Source: Dehalococcoidia bacterium
GTDB taxonomy: Bacteria > Chloroflexota > Dehalococcoidia > GIF9 > AB-539-J10
Direction: 5' to 3'
NCBI GenBank assembly: GCA_046497565.1
Contig: JAWOFK010000057.1
Coordinates: 2,096 to 66,095, forward strand
Length of the DNA: 64,000 nucleotides
Under the pieces are notes generated by a model. The model did no database searches. It was not told the DNA's origin and worked only from the letters and a program-made list of their open reading frames with translations. Shown here piece by piece: positions 37,919 through 47,452 of this stretch; positions within the stretch are counted from its first letter, which is position 1; each line of letters begins with the position of its first letter. The position numbers and the translations under genes are program-made.

Positions 37919-39031
37919 TCATCGGGATATTTCTTCAGCTATTCTTAGCGCGTAGTGATCGGTCATCCCCGCAATGTAATCGACAACCTTCCGCTCCCTG
38001 TTATCCGACGAACAGACAAATTCTAGCGGCAATCCATTCTGATGCTCCAGAAAATGAGAATACAACAGACGTAACACCCTTTCCGCCTTTACCGCCTCAT
38101 CTCCTCCCAAGCTGGGATTATATACCTTGTCAAATAGAAACTGGCGGAGCATGTTGGTTGCTTTGAGAACTTCCGGGCTCATGCCTATAGTGGGCCTGGT
38201 CAAATCGCTGTTTCCACCAACGGGCAACGAGTAGTTTATGACGTCACAAACCAGGGTATTGATTCGCTCTGAATGCGTATGTCCCAGAATTGTGGTCACT
38301 GGCGCAGGCAAATCATTCTGGGAGATAATATCGGCTCTTACGGCATCCTCGATATCGTGGTTAACGTAGGCCACAATATCGGCTATCTTGCATATTTGGC
38401 CTTCCCAAGTATTGGCGTCTCCCCATCCTTCTCCCAGGATCTCAACTTGCCCTTTGGAGTGATTGAGGATGCCATCTCGCACCTCCCAGGTAAGATTCAG
38501 CCCCTGTCCCTCTCTCTCCAGCAAATCGACTACTCGTAAGCTTTGTTCGTTATGCCTGAAGCCAGCGTGATACAATTGATTCAGGACCTCCTCGCCGATA
38601 TGACCAAAAGGCGTGTGCCCCAAATCGTGTCCAAGGGCAATAGCCTCAGCAAGGTCTTCGTTGAGATTCAGGGCTCGAGCTATAGTCCTGGCTATCTGGG
38701 ACACCTCCAGGGTATGTGTCAGCCTGGTGACATAATGGTCACCCAAGGGAGCGATGAAAACCTGTGTCTTGTGCTTCAGCCGGCGGAAGGCCTTACAATG
38801 AATGATGCGGTCACGGTCACGTTGAAAACTGGTTCTTATCGGGCATGGCTCTTCCTGCTTCAGTCGACCACGGCTGAACCTGCTCTTGGCGGCATAAGGA
38901 GAAAGGGCCTCTTCCTTCTCTTCTGTCTGTTCACGTATGTTGGTTCTGTCGACCATGGAAGCTCTGTAATCATGGCAACTCGAAGGAGAGTCCTTACTTT
39001 GCTCCAGCATCATCCTCATGTCCTCACGCAC
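37919..39031 (-). CDS. dgt: dGTPase-like HD-domain triphosphohydrolase
   Basis: The HD motif is RLTHTLEVSQIARTIAR...GHDLGHTPFGH. The GTG start at 39031 lies ~10 nt after AAGGAGGA and overlaps the ppsA stop by 8 nt. Confidence 0.85.
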   Translation of the reverse strand: MREDMRMMLEQSKDSPSSCHDYRASMVDRTNIREQTEEKEEALSPYAAKSRFSRGRLKQEEPCPIRTSFQRDRDRIIHCKAFRRLKHKTQVFIAPLGDHYVTRLTHTLEVSQIARTIARALNLNEDLAEAIALGHDLGHTPFGHIGEEVLNQLYHAGFRHNEQSLRVVDLLEREGQGLNLTWEVRDGILNHSKGQVEILGEGWGDANTWEGQICKIADIVAYVNHDIEDAVRADIISQNDLPAPVTTILGHTHSERINTLVCDVINYSLPVGGNSDLTRPTIGMSPEVLKATNMLRQFLFDKVYNPSLGGDEAVKAERVLRLLYSHFLEHQNGLPLEFVCSSDNRERKVVDYIAGMTDHYALRIAEEISR

Positions 39032-41447
39032 GTTTTCTCTTCCTCCTTGCCTTTATCCTGCTTTCCACCTCTGCAACCTGTAACCTGGTTGACAATACCA
39101 CGTCCGGGTTCAAAGACATTGAATCTATGCCGCATTCAACTAAATAGTCGGCGAATTCTGGAAAATCACTCGGGGCCTGACCGCATATCCCCACCTTCCG
39201 CCGTGGTTTATGGCGATGTGCTGCCTCTATAACTTGCTTTATCAGCCTCTTGACTGCTTCATCTCTTTCGTCAAATATATGGGCCACAAGCTCTGAATCT
39301 CTGTCTAAGCCCAGAGTCAACTGCGTTAAGTCATTCGACCCTATGCTAAATCCGTCAAAGACATCGGCGAATCCGTCCGCCAGGATTACATTTGATGGTA
39401 TTTCGCACATTACATACACTTCCAGCCCATTTTCGCCTTGCTTCAAGCCAAACTCCTCCATGACTTTTATCACCTTCCTCCCCTCTTCCGGCGTCCGGCA
39501 AAACGGAACCATCACCTTGACGTTGGTCAACCCCATCTCGTCTCTTACTTGCTTTATCGCCTTACATTCTAGACCAAAGGCAGGCTTGAAGTTCCTATCA
39601 TAATAACGAGCCGCTCCTCTCCAACCAATCATCGGGTTACTCTCGTGCGGCTCATAAAGATAGCCCCCGATTAGATTGGCGTACTCATTTGTCTTGAAGT
39701 CAGAAAAACGGACAATGACGTCGTTGGGATAAAACCCTGCTGCTATTTTCGCTACCCCTCTTGCTAGGCAGTGGATGAAAAACTCCGTCTTATCCTGATG
39801 CGGCACGCTCCTTTTGTCTATCTCTCTGATCACATCCGCCAACTTCTTGTCGTTCCGCGCTTCTTCCTTCAACTTATCATATTCTATGAGGGCCATGGGA
39901 TGTACGCCGATGTAAGAATTGATGATGAACTCTTCCCGGGCTAAACCAACACCATCGTTGGGAATTCGACTTTGAATGAATGCACCATCGGGAATGCCGA
40001 AGTTCATCATTATTCTAGTGTGCGGTCTGGGAATCTTACCCACTTCTACTTCATTGATTCTGTATTTCAGATTCCCTTCATAGATTCTTCCCTCGCCCTG
40101 CGAACAATCTACCGTGACCTCTTTTACCTGCTTCAAGACCTCTGTCCCGTTGCCAGTGCTAATTACACAGGGTACCCCGAGCTCCCGACTAACGATGGCT
40201 GCATGGCAGGTCCTACCCCCTTTGTTTGTAATTATGGCTCCAGCAATCTTCATTATCGGCTCCCAGTCGGGGTCCGTCATATCAGTGACCAATACCTGCC
40301 CCTTCTTAAACTGGTGGATTTCAATACTGTTTTGTATTACGTTCACCTCGCCTTGTCCTATGCTTGTACCGACCGCTTCCCCTGTCAACAGCAATTTCCC
40401 CTCTTCTTCAAGCACATAAGTCCTGAGCAAAGCTAAATCTTGCTGGGCATGCACTGTCTCCGGCCTGGCCTGGACTATGAAAAGTTCCCCGGTTATACCA
40501 TCCTTTGCCCATTCAATATCCATAGGCAGGCCATAATGCTCTTCTATGACGCAAGCCCACCTGGCGAGAGCCAAAACCTCATCGTCACTCAAAGCGAACT
40601 TCCTTTGCTCCTCAACCTCGACTTCTTCTTGCTCCGTTCCCGTACCATTCCCCTTGTAGACCAGTTTCTTTTCCTTCGTCCCCAGCTTCTTTTCCACAAT
40701 GGGCCTGAACCCCTCCTTCAAGGTCGGCTTAAAAACATAGACCTGGTCGGGATTCACGATCCCCTGCACCACATTTTCTCCCAGACCATAGGCAGCAGTT
40801 ATGTAGACCACATCAGTAAAGCCCGATTCTGTATCTATGGAGAATATGACGCCTGAGCAGGCTAAATCAGAGCGAACCATCTTCTGCACCCCCACCGAGA
40901 GATAAACGCCGAGATGGTCAAACCCCTTGTCCACACGGTAGGAGATTGCCCGGTTTGTGAACAAAGATGCAAAGCATTCCATGACCTTTCCTACAAGCTC
41001 TTCTTCCCCTCGTACGTTTAGATAGGTCTCCTGTTGCCCGGCAAACGATGCTGTAGGCAAGTCTTCGGCCGTGGCACTGCTTCTTACAGCAACATCAACC
41101 TTCGCCCCGTATTTGCTTTCCATTTCCCGGTAGGCAACTTTTATTTCCTCCTCCAATTCCACAGGACAGGCGGCAGTTCTTATCAGGTTCCTTATCTCTT
41201 CGCCCCTCTTCGACAAATCCTTCATCTCATGTGTATCCAGGCCCGCCAAAGTGTCTTTGATTTTTTGGCCTATTCCTGCTTTCTCCACCATATACTGGTA
41301 TGCTTCAGCAGTAATGGCAAATCCAAGAGGGACATTTACCCCTTTTCTGCCCAGATTTCGCACCATCTCACCAAGAGATGCATTTTTGCCACCGACTGAA
41401 GCTACGTCCGCTGCGCCAATCTCTTCAAACCACTTCACAAATTTCAT
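39024..41447 (-). CDS. ppsA: phosphoenolpyruvate synthase (pyruvate, water dikinase)
   Basis: Motifs are GGKNASLGEM, the phosphohistidine loop GGRTCHAAIVSRELGVPCV and a C-terminal PEP-utilising TIM domain. The ATG at 41447 follows GGGAGGG. Confidence 0.93.
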   Translation of the reverse strand: MKFVKWFEEIGAADVASVGGKNASLGEMVRNLGRKGVNVPLGFAITAEAYQYMVEKAGIGQKIKDTLAGLDTHEMKDLSKRGEEIRNLIRTAACPVELEEEIKVAYREMESKYGAKVDVAVRSSATAEDLPTASFAGQQETYLNVRGEEELVGKVMECFASLFTNRAISYRVDKGFDHLGVYLSVGVQKMVRSDLACSGVIFSIDTESGFTDVVYITAAYGLGENVVQGIVNPDQVYVFKPTLKEGFRPIVEKKLGTKEKKLVYKGNGTGTEQEEVEVEEQRKFALSDDEVLALARWACVIEEHYGLPMDIEWAKDGITGELFIVQARPETVHAQQDLALLRTYVLEEEGKLLLTGEAVGTSIGQGEVNVIQNSIEIHQFKKGQVLVTDMTDPDWEPIMKIAGAIITNKGGRTCHAAIVSRELGVPCVISTGNGTEVLKQVKEVTVDCSQGEGRIYEGNLKYRINEVEVGKIPRPHTRIMMNFGIPDGAFIQSRIPNDGVGLAREEFIINSYIGVHPMALIEYDKLKEEARNDKKLADVIREIDKRSVPHQDKTEFFIHCLARGVAKIAAGFYPNDVIVRFSDFKTNEYANLIGGYLYEPHESNPMIGWRGAARYYDRNFKPAFGLECKAIKQVRDEMGLTNVKVMVPFCRTPEEGRKVIKVMEEFGLKQGENGLEVYVMCEIPSNVILADGFADVFDGFSIGSNDLTQLTLGLDRDSELVAHIFDERDEAVKRLIKQVIEAAHRHKPRRKVGICGQAPSDFPEFADYLVECGIDSMSLNPDVVLSTRLQVAEVESRIKARRKRKRA

Positions 41448-41553
41448 GATTTTCCCTCCCATTTGTATTGAAAAGCATGGTCATGCTCGGATGCCCATTT
41501 CCTCCAGACCTGTCTCCTTGCCGACAGGCCGCCAAACCAAGAAAGCTAACTGC

Positions 41554-41562
41554 ATTATATCA
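41554..41562 (-). promoter_or_regulatory. extended -10 TGaTATAAT upstream of ppsA
   Basis: The minus strand reads aaaaaTGATATAATgcag, ~105 nt upstream of the ppsA ATG. Confidence 0.35.
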
Positions 41563-41627
41563 TTTTTCACTGAGGCCAAAGGGAGAGGCGTCTTTCACCT
41601 TTCCCGCTTGGTTATACTATGGCCAGC

Positions 41628-42209
41628 TTATCCTCCTACCATTTGCTGTAGTGCCATTCTGATCTTCTCTTCCAGGCTTAGCTCCTCAGGATCCGGGAGT
41701 TTGGACACGGCTCTGGTGGCTTCGGCCAAAGAGTAGCCCAGGGTAGTCAAAGCAGCTATGACATCGGCACTCTCTGGAGCTAGAGGCAACGCTACCTCTT
41801 TCCACTCCTTTTCCAGCCTACCCCTCAGTTCAATGACAATGCGGCTGGCTATTTTCTTACCAATACCAGGCGCTTGACCGATGAGGTCGGTATTACCGCT
41901 GGTTATGGCCATGACCAGTTGTTCGGGACTCAAGGCAGAGAGCAACCCTAAAGCCGCCTTTGGGCCGATTCCCGAGACAGAAATTAGGTTTTTGAACAGG
42001 GCTAGTTCTTCCCCGGAGGCAAAGCCATAAAGAGAAGCGTTATCCTCCCTCAAGTGGAGATGGGTAGAGAGGGAGACCTTGCCTTGCACAGGCCCCAACT
42101 GGCCTAAAGTGGAGCCGGACACATATACCTGAAAACCTATGCCGCCGACATTAACGATAATGGAATCGTTACCACGATACTCCAGTGTCCCTTCTAATGT
42201 GGCTATCAT
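41628..42209 (-). CDS. ruvA: Holliday junction branch migration protein RuvA
   Basis: The N-terminus is MIATLEGTLEY. HhH motifs are present (ISVSGIGPKAALGLL, APGIGKKIASRIV). Confidence 0.93.
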   Translation of the reverse strand: MIATLEGTLEYRGNDSIIVNVGGIGFQVYVSGSTLGQLGPVQGKVSLSTHLHLREDNASLYGFASGEELALFKNLISVSGIGPKAALGLLSALSPEQLVMAITSGNTDLIGQAPGIGKKIASRIVIELRGRLEKEWKEVALPLAPESADVIAALTTLGYSLAEATRAVSKLPDPEELSLEEKIRMALQQMVGG

Positions 42210-42706
42210 TTTGATACGTGTTCAGTCAGCCATCGATTCAGGCGACTTTGTTGAATGTGGCAAATTGCCACAGCCAGGGCATCAGCAGCATCGCTGGGCT
42301 GAGGCAATTCAGAGAGCCCGAGCTGGATTTTCACCATTTCTTGAATCTGTTGCTTGTCACTTTGTCCGTAGCCGGTTATTTGCTGCTTTATCGTGGCTGG
42401 TGAGTAATAGTAAATGTGCAATCCCTGATTGGCAGCTGCCAGGATAGCTATAGCTTGTGCTCTGCCCACAGCGAATGCCGACCTTATGTTGTGGCCGACA
42501 AATGGGTCCTCGATAGCCACTTCCCCTGGTTTATGCTCGGCAATAATTTTGCTTAATTCATCGTATAAAGAGCGCAGTCTTTCTTCCATGGGAACTCGAG
42601 ATGAGAAACTAACCACTCCGCAATCCACCATATGCATTTCCCCTTCCACATCTACTACACTGTAGCCCAGACTAATGGTACCGGGGTCAACGCCAAGAAT
42701 ACGCAT
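42206..42706 (-). CDS. ruvC: crossover junction endodeoxyribonuclease RuvC
   Basis: MRILGVDPGT... reads from the ATG at 42706, 1 nt after the yebC stop (42708-42710). The track N-terminal extension overlaps yebC. Confidence 0.9.
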   Translation of the reverse strand: MRILGVDPGTISLGYSVVDVEGEMHMVDCGVVSFSSRVPMEERLRSLYDELSKIIAEHKPGEVAIEDPFVGHNIRSAFAVGRAQAIAILAAANQGLHIYYYSPATIKQQITGYGQSDKQQIQEMVKIQLGLSELPQPSDAADALAVAICHIQQSRLNRWLTEHVSK

Positions 42707-42707
42707 G

Positions 42708-43460
42708 TCAAGTCCGCAGGCGCAGCTTTTCCGAAGTAGCATCGGAGAAGTCAACGTTGGAGGAAACACGCTGCACATCTTCTAATTCTTCCAACTGGTC
42801 AAGAAAATTCAAGGCTTGAACTGCTTTGTCTTCGTCCAGCAACACTGTAGTCTTGGGCGCCAAGGAGAGCTCTGCCGAGATCACGTTTTCTTTCTCCTCA
42901 ATGACCTTTCTTACTTCTTCCAAGTCCTGTGGTTGCGTGTAAATCTCCACATAGTCCTTTTCGGTCTTGACGTCTTCAGCCCCGGCGTCAATAGCCCGCA
43001 GTGCTATTGCTTCAGGATCCCGGTCATCGCTTGCCACAGTGATGACGCCTCTATTCTCAAAGAGCCAGGAGACACAACCACTCTCGCCAAGATTACCGCC
43101 GTGCCGGGTGAAGACCCGCCGCACCTCCTGGATGGTGCGATTACGGTTATCGGTCAAGGCTTCTACCAGAATTGCTATGCCGCCCGGCCCATAGCCTTCC
43201 AGTTTCACCTCAGTCAAGGCAGACGCCTCAGATTCACCGCTGCCCCGCTTTATGGCTCTCTCGATATTGTCCGAGGGCATATTATTATCACGGGCCTTCT
43301 GTACCGCTAAACGTAACTGGAAATTGCTTTCTGGATTAGACCCACCTTGCCGCACCGCAACTATGATTTCCCGAGCAAGCTTGGTAAAAAGCTGCCCGCG
43401 CCTGGCATCAGCTACCCCCTTCTGACGCTTAATCTGTGCCCACTTAGAGTGTCCTGACAT
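42708..43460 (-). CDS. yebC: YebC/PmpR family transcriptional regulator
   Basis: The sequence [15 protein letters not shown]...RAIKRG is typical of the family. Confidence 0.93.
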   Translation of the reverse strand: MSGHSKWAQIKRQKGVADARRGQLFTKLAREIIVAVRQGGSNPESNFQLRLAVQKARDNNMPSDNIERAIKRGSGESEASALTEVKLEGYGPGGIAILVEALTDNRNRTIQEVRRVFTRHGGNLGESGCVSWLFENRGVITVASDDRDPEAIALRAIDAGAEDVKTEKDYVEIYTQPQDLEEVRKVIEEKENVISAELSLAPKTTVLLDEDKAVQALNFLDQLEELEDVQRVSSNVDFSDATSEKLRLRT

Positions 43461-43604
43461 TGCTGCTCTTCACATCAATTCTAGCACCGCAACTCCCAAA
43501 AGGTAAAGCAGATTCTGCCCCGTGATTCTGTCTTTGCTGCGGACAATGTTGTAGAATCATAGGAGTAAATAGACAGGGAAAATCAAGACCGAAGTGACAA
43601 TCCC

Positions 43605-44624
43605 ATGCAGGCTGAGTTGATATACAATCCTTCCGGTGGACAGATGGTCGTCAGGCACGAACTTGAAAATGCGGTTGCTTTTCTAGACCGCTGCGGCTGG
43701 TCGGTCACCTTACGGGAAACCAGCAAGCCGCTGGAGGCGACCGAACTGGCCCGCCAGGCTGTCAATAGAGGCGCCGGGGTAGTGATTGCCGCCGGTGGCG
43801 ACGGCACTGTCAACGAGGTGGCAAATGGACTGGTCAACACCGACGCGGCGCTGGGCGTGCTTCCAGTGGGAACGACCAACTCATGGGCGCTACAGATGGG
43901 CATTCCGGCCTTGAATCCAATACTTCCAGGCACACAAGCGGCTAAGCTGTTGGCTGGTCTGGAGGAACGACTTGCGCACCCGTTACCTGCCAACTTCTAC
44001 CGCAAGGTGCTGCTGGACGCTGTTCGAGTGCTGGTGGAGGGACAGACCGTTGCCATCGATGTGGGCGAGCTATCCGGCCGCTACTTTCTGATATCCGCAG
44101 GCATCGGACTGGAAGCGGCGATCGTGGAAAGCCTATCGCTGAGAGAAAAAAGGGCGTTAGGTTCCTGGGCGTATGTGTTCACTGCAATCGGGTCTGCTTA
44201 TCGATATGCTGGCACCGAAGTTCGGCTCGAGCTGGACGGAAAAGTGATCAATGTCAGTACACCGTTGATTGTCGTTAGCAATATTCAACTCTATGGGGGC
44301 ATGGTGGCGATTGGGCCTAAGGCCTGCGTCAACGATGCCAGGTTAGATGTGTGCATTCTCAAGGGAGAGGGTTTTTTCACCTTTGTGCAGCATGCCATGA
44401 AGGTGCTCTCGCACCGACATCTCCGGGACCCGAAGGTAGAATACTACCAATGTCGTGAAGTATTCGTCGAGTCGGTGCGCTCGCTGCCAGTTCACGTGGA
44501 CGGCGAGCCTTTTACCAGGACCCCGGTCGCTATCCGTGCCGTGCCCTCATCGCTGAAGGTCATCATACCGGAAATCGTGCCGGGCGGCCTGTTCGGCCCG
44601 CCAACCTGCTCTTCAGGTCGCTGA
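43605..44624 (+). CDS. diacylglycerol/lipid kinase family protein (YegS/BmrU-like)
   Basis: It carries the AAGGDGTVNEVANGL signature. Confidence 0.85.
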   Translation: MQAELIYNPSGGQMVVRHELENAVAFLDRCGWSVTLRETSKPLEATELARQAVNRGAGVVIAAGGDGTVNEVANGLVNTDAALGVLPVGTTNSWALQMGIPALNPILPGTQAAKLLAGLEERLAHPLPANFYRKVLLDAVRVLVEGQTVAIDVGELSGRYFLISAGIGLEAAIVESLSLREKRALGSWAYVFTAIGSAYRYAGTEVRLELDGKVINVSTPLIVVSNIQLYGGMVAIGPKACVNDARLDVCILKGEGFFTFVQHAMKVLSHRHLRDPKVEYYQCREVFVESVRSLPVHVDGEPFTRTPVAIRAVPSSLKVIIPEIVPGGLFGPPTCSSGR

Positions 44625-44655
44625 CAGCTCCACAGCAGAGAGGGTCAGAGAGTAA

Positions 44656-44985
44656 CTATGCACACCGTTCGTCACACCGATGGACCACGCCTGCTATTTG
44701 CTCTATGGGGAACACGAGAGCTATCCCTGTTCCCGGCTTGTCCAGTTCAGCAGCCTGGACAATCGCTTCCAGGATAGCCTCTTTGCTGTCCTGATAGGTT
44801 ACCGACAGGACAATCTCTTTCCCTGGCTCGATGGGAATGCCCAGCATTTTCTGCTTCTCATGGATCCCCACTCCACGGCCCAGCATGATGGTACCCCCTT
44901 CTGCCCCGGCCTTGCAGGAGGCATCAAGAACTCTGTCGCCCCATCCATGTCGGACAATGCTCATAATGAGAAATATCTCTGTCAT
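44656..44985 (-). CDS. P-II-like signalling protein
   Basis: It is 109 aa with a beta-alpha-beta pattern (IMSIVRHGWGDRVLDASCKAGAEGGTI...GIALVFPIEQ). It lies 2 nt downstream of the DUF1538 pair. Confidence 0.7.
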   Translation of the reverse strand: MTEIFLIMSIVRHGWGDRVLDASCKAGAEGGTIMLGRGVGIHEKQKMLGIPIEPGKEIVLSVTYQDSKEAILEAIVQAAELDKPGTGIALVFPIEQIAGVVHRCDERCA

Positions 44986-44987
44986 GT

Positions 44988-45722
44988 CTACTCCTCCTTT
45001 CTGCGTAGTTTAATACGAAGTATCAGTCCGAAGACCATGATAGTCAAGATAGGTGCCAGGGCTACCAAAGCTATCAGTCCAAAACCATCCACAATCGGGT
45101 CGCGGCCCTCAATGGTGGAGGCAATGCCTACAGCTATGGCCAGAACGAAGGTTACCACCATCGGCCCGGTAGCCACGCCACCGGCATCAAAGGCGATGGC
45201 GACGACACTTTTTTCGCTGAACCAGAGCATGCCTATAGCCAGCAGGTAACCGGGTATAATAATCCAGAGCAGCGGAATGCCGTATACAATTCTTGCCATT
45301 CCCAGGGCAACAAACAAGGCCACGCTGGTGGATATCCCGTAGAGAACAAGACTCTTGCGTATAGAGCCACCTGAAGCCTCTTCAATCTGGCTGCCGAGTA
45401 TGCGTACCGCAGGCTCGCCCCAGGTGGCCAGGAAACCCATCATCAAGCCGAACGGTATTAAGAGCCATTGTGCCCTGATAGCGCCCAGAATCTCACCCAT
45501 GGACTGGCCAGCCGGGAAAAAGCCGGTGCTCACACCCTGCAGGAACAGGGCCAGCCCTACCGAGGCCAGTAGGGCGCCCTTAAGGAGATTAAATACGTAG
45601 CTCCTTGGCAGCTTCAATACCGCAAACTGAAATATGATGAACAGTCCCAGCAGCGGCAGCAAGGCCTTTATCACGCCCAGAAAGGTATGCCCGATTCCAT
45701 GCCAGACCATTATCTCATTCAA
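44988..45722 (-). CDS. DUF1538 family membrane protein
   Basis: It is polytopic with LFLQGVSTGFFPAGQSMGEILG and FDAGGVATGPMVVTF, as in DUF1538. Confidence 0.75.
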   Translation of the reverse strand: MNEIMVWHGIGHTFLGVIKALLPLLGLFIIFQFAVLKLPRSYVFNLLKGALLASVGLALFLQGVSTGFFPAGQSMGEILGAIRAQWLLIPFGLMMGFLATWGEPAVRILGSQIEEASGGSIRKSLVLYGISTSVALFVALGMARIVYGIPLLWIIIPGYLLAIGMLWFSEKSVVAIAFDAGGVATGPMVVTFVLAIAVGIASTIEGRDPIVDGFGLIALVALAPILTIMVFGLILRIKLRRKEE

Positions 45723-46414
45723 TGCAGCACCATCCCCATGACCATCACCCCGATTACCGGACCGATTGAGGCCAGCCCGATCAGGCCGAAGCCGTCTGAT
45801 AGCGCAGACCTTTCCGCCAGGACCGAGCTGAATCCCAGTCCCAGCGACAAGATTATTGGCACCGCCATAGGCCCGGTGGTAACACCGCCTGAGTCAAAGG
45901 CCACCGGGACGAATTCAGGCGGTGCGAAGAAAGAAAGGACAATGATGACTACGTAGCCGGCTGTCAGCAGATACGCGATGGGAAAATTGAGCAAAATACG
46001 GAGCATGGCCATGGCAACAAAGAAACCGACACCGATAGCGATGGCGTAAACCAGGACATTCTCGGCAATAGCCCCCCCGGAGACCTCATCAACCTGCCTG
46101 GTCAGAACGATGACATCGGGCTCGGCGACTGTGGCGGCAAAGCCGATGAGAAAAGCAATACCTATAACCAGGAACGCCGACTTGAGTCTGGGGAGTTCGC
46201 CACCGAGAGCTTTGCCCATGGGCAAAATTCCGATTTCGACGCCGAGCAGGAAAAGAATCATACCGGCCATGACCATTGCCGCCCCTATCATAAACTGGAG
46301 AAAAATGTGGGTGGGCATCCGGATCACCGCAAACTGGAGAATTACTACTGCCACAACCAGCGGCAGAATCGCCGTGATGACTTCCAGTACCTTGGCTTTG
46401 ATATGGTTTTGCAC
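45719..46414 (-). CDS. DUF1538 family membrane protein (paralogue)
   Basis: It is polytopic with LFLLGVEIGILPMGKALGGEL and FDSGGVTTGPMAVPI. It overlaps the downstream paralogue by 4 nt. Confidence 0.75.
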   Translation of the reverse strand: MQNHIKAKVLEVITAILPLVVAVVILQFAVIRMPTHIFLQFMIGAAMVMAGMILFLLGVEIGILPMGKALGGELPRLKSAFLVIGIAFLIGFAATVAEPDVIVLTRQVDEVSGGAIAENVLVYAIAIGVGFFVAMAMLRILLNFPIAYLLTAGYVVIIVLSFFAPPEFVPVAFDSGGVTTGPMAVPIILSLGLGFSSVLAERSALSDGFGLIGLASIGPVIGVMVMGMVLH

Positions 46415-46502
46415 AGCTAATTATACCAAGGTCGTCCGCAACGTCGAAAGAAGTCAACCCGTTCAGTACCTTGGTGACAGGCCATTTTACGTCATTGTTG
46501 AT

Positions 46503-46531
46503 TTGCCGTAAATAACATAATCACCTATAAT
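46503..46531 (+). promoter_or_regulatory. candidate promoter of marR copy 1
   Basis: TTGCCG (46503-46508), a 17-nt spacer, then TATAAT (46526-46531). Confidence 0.4.
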
Positions 46532-46583
46532 AGAGATAGCCCAAGTAGCGAAGTCTCAACGGTATAGTAAGGAGAAGACCAAT

Positions 46584-47036
46584 ATGCCAAAACAGTTCGA
46601 TGGGGAAAGCCCGAGTTTGAAAGCGTGGTTGTTGCTGCACCGGACCCGCGACGTCTTTTTCAGATGCGAGGACCGAATAGCTGCTGAATTCGGTCTCACT
46701 CAGGAGCAATATTCAGTGCTCCTGGCCATGAAATGCCTCGATGAGCCCGTCAGGCCAACCGACGTCGGTCGCTGGGTGGGACATAAGGTGAACACAGTAA
46801 GCATGATAGTCGACCGTATGTTCGAAGCTGGTCTGCTCAGAAGGGAACGAGACCTGCCTGACCGCAGGTCAGTGCGCCTGGTCATCACCGACAAGGGGGA
46901 GAAGGCTTTTGAAGCGGCAACTCCAGAAGTCTCGCGGCTTATCGAGGAAATCATGTCGCAACTGTCATATGAAGACTCACTTACCCTGGTCAGGCTGCTC
47001 GAGACGCTAAAAGAGAAGGCGCTTAACTGTCTTAAT
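46584..47036 (+). repeat. direct repeat copy 1 (~450 nt; partner at 50298..50750)
   Basis: My manual alignment to 50298 onward gives 8 mismatches in the first 237 nt. Divergence increases toward the 3' end. Similarity starts exactly at the ATG. Confidence 0.85.
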
Positions 47037-47126
47037 CCAAGCGGTGATGTTCAAAAGACAAAGAGCTACGAGAGCCAGGACATGGCCCGTTTCGTAGAAC
47101 GGATGGCCAGGTACTTTTCTCAGTAG
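46584..47126 (+). CDS. MarR family transcriptional regulator (copy 1)
   Basis: An AAGGAG SD is present. The wHTH region reads LTQEQYSVLLAMKCLDEPVRPTDVGRWVGHKVNTVSMIVDRMFEAGLLRRERDLPDRRSVRLVITDKG. Confidence 0.9.
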   Translation: MPKQFDGESPSLKAWLLLHRTRDVFFRCEDRIAAEFGLTQEQYSVLLAMKCLDEPVRPTDVGRWVGHKVNTVSMIVDRMFEAGLLRRERDLPDRRSVRLVITDKGEKAFEAATPEVSRLIEEIMSQLSYEDSLTLVRLLETLKEKALNCLNPSGDVQKTKSYESQDMARFVERMARYFSQ

Positions 47127-47452
47127 AAAAGCGTGAGCGCTACTGTTTCTCTAATCCCCTCGCCTCAGCCATCTCCCGCTTTTCCCAATTACGAATGCTT
47201 TTCGCTTGAATTCCATTGAGCACAGTTTGTTCGCACTCCGAATCAATTCAACCGGGTTGATAGGTCAACAGGGTACGGAACGAGGACGGGCATTAGCAGA
47301 AATAATCAGGTAAGTGCTATCATTTCCAGTGACACGGTACGGGGAATGATGAGGTTATCATAATACTTGTGAGCCCTAACGCTTTGCATCGCAGTTTCAG
47401 AGCAGGAAAAGATGTTATCGGCTAAAGAACCAGCAGCCAGGGAGATACGATA

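Noticed and set aside
38543-40856. Several plus-strand ORFs of 100-230 aa within dgt and ppsA
   Set aside because: All lie antisense to genes with strong family signatures. None has an SD or recognisable motifs.
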